A stretch of DNA of 8,901 bases from Candidatus Iainarchaeum sp. (GTDB taxonomy: Archaea > Iainarchaeota > Iainarchaeia > Iainarchaeales > GCA-2688035), in contig JAQTNI010000049.1 of assembly GCA_028713935.1 (NCBI GenBank), forward strand, positions 1-8,901, read 5' to 3'. The notes beneath the pieces are model-generated. The model made no database searches and had not been told where the DNA came from. It saw nothing but the letters and a program-made list of their open reading frames with translations. Position 1 is the stretch's first letter, and each line of letters begins with the position of its first letter. The position numbers and the translations under genes were made by a program. Shown one piece after another: positions 1 to 6,347 of the stretch.

Positions 1-39
1 CCCGCCAATTCCTGCTCGCTCTGAACCGATTGTTGGCAT
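1..39 (-). CDS. probable 5' end of an unidentified minus-strand gene that runs off the left edge
   Basis: The reverse complement of 1..39 reads ATG CCA ACA ATC GGT TCA GAG CGA GCA GGA ATT GGC GGG (MPTIGSERAGIGG) and stays open to the window edge. This stretch is visibly GC-richer than the adjacent AT-rich spacer. Only 13 codons are visible, so no product can be assigned. Confidence 0.3.
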   Translation of the reverse strand, partial: MPTIGSERAGIGG

Positions 40-199
40 GTTGTTTCGCCATAAAGATTAAAAAACATTGCTAAAATAAGCTTTATTACTATAATAAACC
101 GCTTATTATTGAGCTTTTATTGCGGTTTGTTATACGCAAAAAGAAAAATTCAAATGTTCAAATGCATAGGCTTTTTGCTATATTTTGACAGGTGCCTAT
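40..199. promoter_or_regulatory. AT-rich divergent intergenic region, likely holding the promoter(s) for the atp operon and the leftward gene
   Basis: No ORF is present and the region is strongly AT-rich. It has several TATA-like stretches: GCTTTATTA 80..88, GCTTATTA 101..108, GCTTTTATT 113..121 and TATATTTT 179..186. An AGGTG Shine-Dalgarno at 190..194 sits 5 nt before the atpH ATG, which implies a leadered transcript starting further upstream. The exact TATA/BRE and transcription start cannot be fixed from sequence. Confidence 0.4.
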
Positions 200-556
200 A
201 TGAACCCCAAGGATGGAAGCAGCGGCAGCAACGATTTTGGGGCGTTAGACCGCATAGTTGAGGCTGAAGCGAAAGCAAAAGAAATGCTTGAAGAAGCGGG
301 CAAAAAAAAGCATGAAACAGTGGAAAAGGCAAAAAAAGACTCTGATTCTTTTTTGGATGAAGCCAAAAAAAACGCACTGCAGCAGAGGGAAAAGCAAATC
401 CTTGCATTGCAGAAATCCCTTGAAAAGGAAAAAGAAAAGCTTTCAGAGCAGAACAAGGGCAAAATTGGAAAGCTGAAGCAGGAAGCAAGGGCACATTTGA
501 AAAAAGAAGCAGATTTTTTGGTTGAAAAATTTTTGGGTGAAGCAGCAGATGTTTAA
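200..556 (+). CDS. atpH: A-type ATP synthase subunit H (peripheral-stalk coiled-coil protein)
   Basis: It is a 118-aa, Glu/Lys/Ala-rich predicted coiled coil (..RIVEAEAKAKEMLEEAGKKKHETVEKAKKDS..). It lies directly upstream of atpI and overlaps it, which is the canonical position of atpH. The ATG at 200 with AGGTG at 190..194 is preferred over the track's TTG at 185. The call rests on position, size and composition rather than strong motifs. Confidence 0.7.
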   Translation: MNPKDGSSGSNDFGALDRIVEAEAKAKEMLEEAGKKKHETVEKAKKDSDSFLDEAKKNALQQREKQILALQKSLEKEKEKLSEQNKGKIGKLKQEARAHLKKEADFLVEKFLGEAADV

Positions 557-2345
557 GACAACACCAATGGCAAAAATCCGCATAACAGGCCTTAAAAGCA
601 GCATGAAGGCAACCATTGACATTTTATATGCGCTTAAAATAATGCATCTTGTTGATTTCAGCAAGAATGGAACTGGTTTTCTTGACATTGGCACTCCCTT
701 CATGGAAGCCAAGGAGCTTTCCGAAAGCCTTGTGAAAATTGATTCCATTGTTTCTTTTTACGGCCTCAGGGGAAAGCCAAAAAAAATTGAAAATTTTTAC
801 GAGGCAAAAAAATTTTTTGAAAAAGTTTTTGAAGAATTTTCAGGCGCAAGCGCGAAAATTGCCAGTGCAAAGGCACGCGAAGCAGAATTAAGGCAAAGGC
901 TTGCGGATCCAATGAACAAAATAAAAATTGACAGGAAATACCTGCGCGAATATGACAATATTTCTGTTTTTACGGGAATCACAAAAAAACAGCTTGGGCA
1001 GGCATTGCAAGGCCATGAAATCCAGTTCAGGCTTGTTGAGGAAAAAACAGGCGAAAATTATGCAATAGTGCTATTTGTGCAAAAAAAAGACACTGAAAAA
1101 GCAAGAACAATTCTTTTGAATTCGGGCTTTTCCGAACAGGCAATTCCTGAAGGCTTTTCTGAAGAAAAAATTTTGGAAGAACTGGCAGCCGTGGAAAAGG
1201 AAACACTGCAGGCAAAAGAATTTTTGGAAAAGTTTGGAAAAAAAAATTCTCAGTTCTTGCTTGCATACAAATTTTTTTTGAGAGAGCTTAACGAAAAAGC
1301 GGAAACTCCCCTGCGGTTTGGAGTCAGCCAGAGCACTTTTGTTGCAACAGGCTTTGTGCCGAAAAAAACAATAAAAGAGCTCAAAAACAGGCTTGAAAGC
1401 TCTGTTGGAGAAACAGTGCACATTGATTTTTCGGATTCCCTTGAAAATGCGCCGATAAAACTGAACAATCCAAAAATTGTGAAGCCTTTTGAGCTTTTTT
1501 TGGACCTTTACACAATGCCAAGCTACAGGGAAATTGACCCTTCTTTCCTTATGGCAATAACCTTTCCGATTTTTTTCGGGTTCATGCTTGGAGATGTAGG
1601 ATATGGGATTATAATGCTTGCAATTTTCGGGTTTTTGGCTTTTAAGGCAAAGGGCCAGCTGAAAGGATTCAGCAGAATCCTGATCTGGTCAGCGCTTTCA
1701 TCTGTTTTTTTCGGATTTGTTTTCGGGGAATTATTTGGAGCAGAATTTATTGAGCCGCTCCTTAACAGAGTTCATGAACCAACACAGGTTTTAGGAGTTG
1801 CAATTGCAATCGGCTTTGTCCATATAAACATTGGATTGCTTGTCGGCTTCTACAATGAACTGAAAAACCACGGCCTCAAAAAAGCAATTCTGGCAAAATT
1901 GGGCTGGATTGCTTTTGAATCCGGCATTGTATTGCTTGCATTGGATGCATTGCAGATTGCCCAGATTGGAATGATTCCAGGGGCCATTGTTGTGCTTGTT
2001 TCAATTGCAATGCTTTACATGGGTGAAGGCGCAAGAGGCCTTGTTGAATTGCCATCAATTTTTTCAAACATGCTTTCCTATTCAAGGCTTTTTGCAGTTG
2101 GATTGTCATCTGTAAGCATTGCGCTTGTAGTGAACCAGATGGCCGGCTCATTATGGGAAGCGGGAATTGTTGGAATGATTGGCGCAATTGTTATTCTTGT
2201 AATCGGCCATATTCTGAATACGGCTTTGGGCCTGTTGGGATGCTCGCTTCACTCGCTCAGGCTTCATTATGTTGAATTTTTTGGAAAATTTTTTAAGGGC
2301 GGAGGCCAGAAATTCGTGCCTTTCGGCCAAATAAAAGAAAACTAA
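549..2345 (+). CDS. atpI: A-type ATP synthase subunit I (membrane a-subunit, stator/proton channel)
   Basis: The protein is 598 aa. The N-terminus MFKTTPMAKIRITGLKS matches the usual subunit I start (M..P..M.K..I.G). A hydrophilic N-terminal half is followed by multiple hydrophobic helices. The conserved channel motif MLSYSRLFAVGLSS contains the essential Arg codon at 2085..2087, and the C-terminal HSLRLHYVEFF motif is present. The ATG at 549 overlaps the atpH stop (ATGTTTAA), with GGGTGA at 535..540. It is somewhat shorter than the roughly 650-700 aa I recall for characterised homologues. Confidence 0.9.
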   Translation: MFKTTPMAKIRITGLKSSMKATIDILYALKIMHLVDFSKNGTGFLDIGTPFMEAKELSESLVKIDSIVSFYGLRGKPKKIENFYEAKKFFEKVFEEFSGASAKIASAKAREAELRQRLADPMNKIKIDRKYLREYDNISVFTGITKKQLGQALQGHEIQFRLVEEKTGENYAIVLFVQKKDTEKARTILLNSGFSEQAIPEGFSEEKILEELAAVEKETLQAKEFLEKFGKKNSQFLLAYKFFLRELNEKAETPLRFGVSQSTFVATGFVPKKTIKELKNRLESSVGETVHIDFSDSLENAPIKLNNPKIVKPFELFLDLYTMPSYREIDPSFLMAITFPIFFGFMLGDVGYGIIMLAIFGFLAFKAKGQLKGFSRILIWSALSSVFFGFVFGELFGAEFIEPLLNRVHEPTQVLGVAIAIGFVHINIGLLVGFYNELKNHGLKKAILAKLGWIAFESGIVLLALDALQIAQIGMIPGAIVVLVSIAMLYMGEGARGLVELPSIFSNMLSYSRLFAVGLSSVSIALVVNQMAGSLWEAGIVGMIGAIVILVIGHILNTALGLLGCSLHSLRLHYVEFFGKFFKGGGQKFVPFGQIKEN

Positions 2346-2351
2346 GGAGGT
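2346..2351 (+). promoter_or_regulatory. Shine-Dalgarno site for atpK
   Basis: GGAGGT begins immediately after the atpI stop (TAA 2343..2345) and lies 7 nt upstream of the atpK ATG (2359). It is the strongest SD match in the window, which fits the high translation demand of the ring subunit. Confidence 0.75.
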
Positions 2352-2358
2352 AAAAAAA

Positions 2359-2601
2359 ATGGTCGCAGATGTAGCAGGAGCAATTAACAGCGGGTTAATT
2401 GCGATAGGAGCAGCAATAGCAATAGCCGGCGCAGCAATTGCGGCAGCATGGGCTGAAAAAGAAATTGGAACAGCAGCTGTCGGGGCAATGGCTGAAAAAC
2501 CGGAGTTGTTTGTAAGCGGGCTGATTCTGACAGTAATCCCTGAAACAATAGTGATTTTCGGATTGGTCATTGCTTACTTGATAGTGCAGATTGCGGCTTA
2601 A
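2359..2601 (+). CDS. atpK: A-type ATP synthase subunit K (proteolipid c-subunit, single hairpin)
   Basis: The 80-aa protein has two Ala/Gly/Ile-rich transmembrane helices joined by a polar loop (AMAEKPE). The conserved ion-binding carboxylate lies in helix 2 (IPETIVIFGLV, Glu codon 2542..2544). It occupies the canonical position after atpI. Confidence 0.9.
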   Translation: MVADVAGAINSGLIAIGAAIAIAGAAIAAAWAEKEIGTAAVGAMAEKPELFVSGLILTVIPETIVIFGLVIAYLIVQIAA

Positions 2602-2618
2602 TGCAATTTGCAAAAAAA

Positions 2619-2738
2619 AGCTTTTCGAAGCGCTCACTTCGTTCGCTTTCGAAAACCTTGGAAAAATGCTTCGCAATGCCGGCTTTCAAAAAGCTGTTGC
2701 AAACCAAAAGGTTTGCGATGGTCGTAAAAGCAAAGCTT
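2619..2738 (+). repeat. intergenic two-hairpin repeat, copy A (with a 37-nt internal insert at 2658..2694)
   Basis: By hand alignment, 2619..2657 matches 7901..7940 at about 34 of 42 columns and 2695..2738 matches 7941..7985 at about 37 of 47 columns, in the same orientation. Hairpin 1 pairs 2620..2632 with 2644..2656 and has a T bulge at 2649. Hairpin 2 pairs GCAAACC 2699..2705 with GGTTTGC 2710..2716. Confidence 0.7.
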
Positions 2739-2782
2739 ACGGCGTTGCGAAAAATAATGCAATAAAAAAAGGATTTGGCTGG

Positions 2783-3349
2783 ATGACTCTGGAAAAAATA
2801 GGGGCTGAAATAATAGCCGAAGCGGAAAAAAATGCCTCGGCAATAGCCATGGAAGGCAAAAAGGAAGCCGAAAGAATAATGCTTGAGGCAAAGGAAAAGG
2901 CAAAGGAAATTTCAGAAAAGCTTGATTCTGAAACAGGCAAGATTCTTGAGGAAATCCGGCAGGTTGAGCTTTCCGGTTTCAGCCTGGCACTGAACAAAGA
3001 GGTGCTTGAAGCAAAAAAAGAGGTGTTCAGCGAAATTTTTCAGGAAGCAAAAAAAAGAATAGCGGAACTTGACAAAAAAAAGCGTTCTGAAATTGTCCTG
3101 GCTCTTTGCAGGAAAGGCCTTTCAGAGATTCCGCAGGCAAAATTTGTTTATTGCAATGCAGAGGACAAAAAAACAGTTTTGCAGGCAAAAGGCCTTGTAT
3201 TCAAAAAGGAAATTAGCTGCAGTGGCGGAGTAATAATAGAAAATGCAGATGCCACAATCAAGGCGAATTATCTCTTTGAAGAGATTTTGGCCAAAGTCTG
3301 GGAGGAGAACCTTCATGGAATTGCCAACAGGGTTTTTGGAAAAAGCTGA
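2783..3349 (+). CDS. atpE: A-type ATP synthase subunit E (peripheral stalk)
   Basis: The protein is 188 aa. The N-terminus MTLEKIGAEIIAEAEKNASAIAMEGKKEAERIMLEAKEKAKEI is a typical subunit E coiled-coil start. The C-terminal globular part carries GGVIIENADATIKANYLFEEIL, typical of the V/A-type E family. An in-frame ATG at 2666 and the track's TTG at 2591 would add N-terminal residues that consist of the repeat element, so 2783 is preferred on homology. The SD here is weak (AAGGA 2769..2773). Confidence 0.85.
   Translation: MTLEKIGAEIIAEAEKNASAIAMEGKKEAERIMLEAKEKAKEISEKLDSETGKILEEIRQVELSGFSLALNKEVLEAKKEVFSEIFQEAKKRIAELDKKKRSEIVLALCRKGLSEIPQAKFVYCNAEDKKTVLQAKGLVFKKEISCSGGVIIENADATIKANYLFEEILAKVWEENLHGIANRVFGKS
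3300..3307 (+). promoter_or_regulatory. Shine-Dalgarno site for atpC, embedded in the 3' end of atpE
   Basis: GGGAGGAG lies 7 nt upstream of the ATG at 3315, inside the last codons of atpE. This supports translational coupling and the choice of 3315 as the start. Confidence 0.65.
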
Positions 3350-4295
3350 GAAGCGGGAAAAAAAACACTGGTTTTTTCCAATAAGTTTCAAGCGGAAAAG
3401 CACTTCAGGCTATGCCTATACAAATACGAGAGTGCGCGTAATGAAAACAAAACTGTTGGGCAAAAACGATTTCCGGAAAATGATGAACATGAGTTTTTCT
3501 GAAATTGCGCGTTACATGCAGGAAACAGAGTACAGCAAGGAAATTTCCGAACTTGCCACGCGTTATACAAATGCAAACCTCATAGAATACAGCCTGAACA
3601 AAAACCTTGAAAACACTTTCAACAGGATACTGGCGTTTTCAATGAAGGCTTCAGAGGAACAGGTAAAGCTTTACCTGAAAAAATTTGACATCCTTAACGC
3701 CAAGACTTTTTTGAGGGGCAGGTTTTCAGGGCAGGGAGAAGAGGCAATTATTTCACAGTTTATCTGTGCAGGCAGCCTTGGAAGAAAATTTTTTGAAAAT
3801 GCAGTCAAAAAATCCTCCAACCTTGACGAGGCAATTATGCAATTGAAAGGCACAGAGTATTTTGACATTGCAAAAAAATTCAATGGCAATCTTTCAAAAA
3901 TCGAGGACGCCCTTGACAAGCATTATTACAGAGATGTTCTGGAAAAAGCAGAGCCGGAACTTGTGGCTTTTCTCATGGACGAAATAAAAGTAAAAAACAC
4001 GCTTAACCTGCTGAGGGCAAAAAAAACAGGCATTAAAATGGAAAAAATTGAAAACGAGTCTGAAACAAAGCTTGCCTTGCCAAAAACAGACGACGGCATT
4101 GAAAACAGGGTTTTTTTGAAAAAATTTTTGCTTGAGCGCGGCAATAAAATGGCGCGCGAATTCAAGAGGAATGTGAGGCCTGTCCTTGGATATTTGATTG
4201 CAAAAGAAAATGAAATAAGCAATATCAGGATTATTGTGCGAGGCAAGAGCAGCAATCTTCCAGCCGGGCTGATTGAAGAGCAATTGGTGATTTAA
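3315..4295 (+). CDS. atpC: A-type ATP synthase subunit C (central-stalk socket, V-type d homologue)
   Basis: The protein is 326 aa. It contains the hallmark N-terminal motif GYAYTNTRVRVMKTKLL and the C-terminal motif ISNIRIIVRGK. The ATG at 3315 follows a strong SD and overlaps atpE by 35 nt. The track's start at 3243 lies deep inside atpE with no SD. In-frame TTG codons at 3321 and 3336 are alternative starts. Confidence 0.85.
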   Translation: MELPTGFLEKAEKREKKHWFFPISFKRKSTSGYAYTNTRVRVMKTKLLGKNDFRKMMNMSFSEIARYMQETEYSKEISELATRYTNANLIEYSLNKNLENTFNRILAFSMKASEEQVKLYLKKFDILNAKTFLRGRFSGQGEEAIISQFICAGSLGRKFFENAVKKSSNLDEAIMQLKGTEYFDIAKKFNGNLSKIEDALDKHYYRDVLEKAEPELVAFLMDEIKVKNTLNLLRAKKTGIKMEKIENESETKLALPKTDDGIENRVFLKKFLLERGNKMAREFKRNVRPVLGYLIAKENEISNIRIIVRGKSSNLPAGLIEEQLVI

Positions 4296-4297
4296 AT

Positions 4298-4597
4298 ATG
4301 CAAATAGCAGTAATTGGAAATGATAATTTTGTAACCGGCTTCAGGCTGGCGGGAATCAGCAGTGTTTTTGAAGCAGAAAAAGAACTGGATTCCGAAATTG
4401 AAAAGGCACTGCAAAACACTGATATTGGCGTGATTGTAATGGAAGAAGAAGCATACAATTCCCTTGTGGGAAACAGGGTGAAAAAGCGCCTTGAAAAGCT
4501 TGTCAAGCCAGTTATTGTAACTATTTCAACAAAGGGAAAAGAAACAAACATTGGTGAAATGATTAAAAGGAGCCTTGGGGTGGACTTATGGAAGTAA
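4298..4597 (+). CDS. atpF: A-type ATP synthase subunit F (central stalk)
   Basis: The 99-aa protein has the N-terminus [20 protein letters not shown], which matches the conserved (I/V)AV(I/V)G..D.V.GF.LAG motif of subunit F. GGTGA at 4286..4290 lies 7 nt upstream of the ATG. There is a 2-nt gap after the atpC stop. Confidence 0.9.
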   Translation: MQIAVIGNDNFVTGFRLAGISSVFEAEKELDSEIEKALQNTDIGVIVMEEEAYNSLVGNRVKKRLEKLVKPVIVTISTKGKETNIGEMIKRSLGVDLWK

Positions 4598-6333
4598 AAG
4601 CAAAAATTTTCAGGATTTCCGGGCCTGTTGTAGTAGCAGAAGGCCTTAATGCAAGGATGTATGACCTTGTCACAGTTGGAAAAGAAAAACTAATGGGCGA
4701 AGTAATCCAGATAAACAGGGACAAAACAGTTATACAGGTTTATGAAGAAACAACTGGCTTATGCCCAGGCGAGCCAGTTGAAAACACTGGTGCCCCGCTT
4801 TCAATACAGCTAGGCCCGGGCCTGCTGTCACAGATTTATGACGGAGTGCAAAGGCCATTGCCTGAACTGCAAAGGCTGAAAGGCGATTTTATTGCAAGGG
4901 GAGCAACAGCACCCGCGCTTGATGAGGAAAAAAAATGGGAATTCAGGGCAACAGTCAAAGAAGGCGCAAATGTCTCCGGCGGGGATGTTCTTGGAACAGT
5001 CCAGGAAACAAAATTTATCACCCACAAAATTCTTGTGCCGCCGAATAAAAGCGGAAAAATAAAAAAAATTGAAAGCGGAAAATTTAACTGCAAGGAACCA
5101 ATCGGAAGCCTTGACTCGGGAGAAAAACTTTTTTTAAGCCACAAATGGCCAGTCAGGACTCCGAGGCCAGTAAAGGAAAAGCTCTTGCCGCAGATTCCGC
5201 TTATTACCGGACAGAGAATTCTTGACACATTGTTTCCAATAGCAAAAGGCGGAACAGCTGCAATTCCAGGGCCTTTTGGAAGCGGAAAAACAGTCATACA
5301 ACAGCAGCTTGCAAAATGGAGTGATGCAGAAATAGTTGTTTACATTGGCTGTGGTGAAAGGGGAAATGAAATGACAGAAGTGCTTACTGAATTTCCGGAA
5401 CTTAAGGATGTAAAAACAGGCGCTCCTTTAATGCAGAGGACTGTTTTGATTGCAAACACTTCAAACATGCCTGTTGCAGCAAGAGAAGCATCTGTTTACA
5501 CTGGAATGACAATTGCGGAATATTTCAGGGACCAGGGATATGGAGTTTCGCTTATGGCTGATTCGACTTCCAGATGGGGAGAAGCAATGAGGGAAATTTC
5601 TTCAAGGTTAGAGGAAATGCCAGGCGAAGAAGGCTATCCTGCTTATCTTGCGGCTAGGCTTGCGGAATTTTATGAAAGGGCAGGAAGAGCTGTTTGTTTA
5701 GGCGGAGAAAAAAGAATTGGCAGTGTCACTGCAATCGGCGCAGTAAGCCCTCCCGGAGGGGACTTTTCAGAGCCAATAACGCAGAACACATTAAAAATAA
5801 CAAAAGTGTTCTGGGCTCTTGACGCAAAGCTTGCCCAGAGAAGGCACTTTCCTTCAATCAACTGGCTTGATTCCTACAGCCTTTACACAAAAGGATTGTC
5901 TGCATGGTATGTTGAAAACATTGCGCCTGATTTCAATGAAGTGCGCGCAACTGCAATGAAAATTCTGCAGCAGGAATCTTCTTTGCAGGAAATAGTGCAA
6001 TTGGTTGGCAGCGATGCCTTGCCTGAAAAAGAACAGTTAACACTTGAAATCGCAAGGCTCATAAGGGAAGGGTTTTTGCAGCAAAATGCCTACCATGAGG
6101 TTGACAGTTATTGCAGCATAAAAAAGCAATATTCAATCCTGAAGGCAATAATCAAATATGCTGACTTTGCCCAGAGAGCGCTTGAGGAAGGCGCGAGTGT
6201 TTCCGCAATTGCCTCTCTTGGAAGCAAGGCAAAAATCGCAAAAATGGCTTTTGTTGCAGAAGAAAATTTTGCATCGGAATTAAAAAAAGTTGAAAATGAA
6301 ATGGAGTCTGAATTCAAAAACATTTCAGGGTAA
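4588..6333 (+). CDS. atpA: A-type ATP synthase catalytic subunit A
   Basis: The protein is 581 aa. Walker A GPFGSGKT is encoded at 5269..5292. Other conserved motifs are [26 protein letters not shown] and [22 protein letters not shown], and the A-subunit-specific insertion between the N-terminal barrel and the P-loop is present. The length and the contiguous motifs argue against an intein. The ATG overlaps atpF by 10 nt, with GGGGTGGA at 4577..4584. Confidence 0.97.
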   Translation: MEVKAKIFRISGPVVVAEGLNARMYDLVTVGKEKLMGEVIQINRDKTVIQVYEETTGLCPGEPVENTGAPLSIQLGPGLLSQIYDGVQRPLPELQRLKGDFIARGATAPALDEEKKWEFRATVKEGANVSGGDVLGTVQETKFITHKILVPPNKSGKIKKIESGKFNCKEPIGSLDSGEKLFLSHKWPVRTPRPVKEKLLPQIPLITGQRILDTLFPIAKGGTAAIPGPFGSGKTVIQQQLAKWSDAEIVVYIGCGERGNEMTEVLTEFPELKDVKTGAPLMQRTVLIANTSNMPVAAREASVYTGMTIAEYFRDQGYGVSLMADSTSRWGEAMREISSRLEEMPGEEGYPAYLAARLAEFYERAGRAVCLGGEKRIGSVTAIGAVSPPGGDFSEPITQNTLKITKVFWALDAKLAQRRHFPSINWLDSYSLYTKGLSAWYVENIAPDFNEVRATAMKILQQESSLQEIVQLVGSDALPEKEQLTLEIARLIREGFLQQNAYHEVDSYCSIKKQYSILKAIIKYADFAQRALEEGASVSAIASLGSKAKIAKMAFVAEENFASELKKVENEMESEFKNISG

Positions 6334-6347
6334 AAGGGTGTGAGAAA

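Noticed and set aside
185-548. TTG starts proposed by the track for atpH (185) and atpI (522)
   Set aside because: Downstream ATGs at 200 and 549 have GGTG-type SDs at the proper spacing. For atpI, the ATG also yields the conserved N-terminus and the common ATGTTTAA stop/start overlap.
2151-2570. 139-aa Ala/Ile-rich ORF on the minus strand
   Set aside because: It is antisense to the atpI 3' end and to atpK. The AAAIAAPAIAIAAP-type sequence is the mirror image of the GCN/ATN-rich codons of the proteolipid helices, so it is not an independent gene.
2591-2782. The ORF track's long form of atpE, starting at TTG 2591 (252 aa)
   Set aside because: That start lies inside atpK. The added 64 residues consist of the intergenic repeat, and all three frames are open there. 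The subunit E homology begins exactly at M2783 (MTLEKIGAEII..). An intermediate in-frame ATG at 2666 cannot be fully excluded.
3243-3314. The ORF track's upstream start for atpC at 3243
   Set aside because: It would overlap atpE by 107 nt and has no SD. The ATG at 3315 is preceded by GGGAGGAG at the right spacing.
4836-5297. 153-aa minus-strand ORF, and the similar antisense ORFs at 3894..4283 and 7445..7837
   Set aside because: All lie inside well-supported + strand ATPase genes, lack SD sites, and have Cys/Phe/Ser-rich composition typical of antisense frames in an A-rich coding strand.
4588-6333. Intein in the catalytic A subunit, as seen in some archaeal atpA genes
   Set aside because: At 581 aa the protein is the standard intein-free length. 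The P-loop GPFGSGKT and the flanking motifs are contiguous, with no inserted Cys/Ser...HN splicing block.
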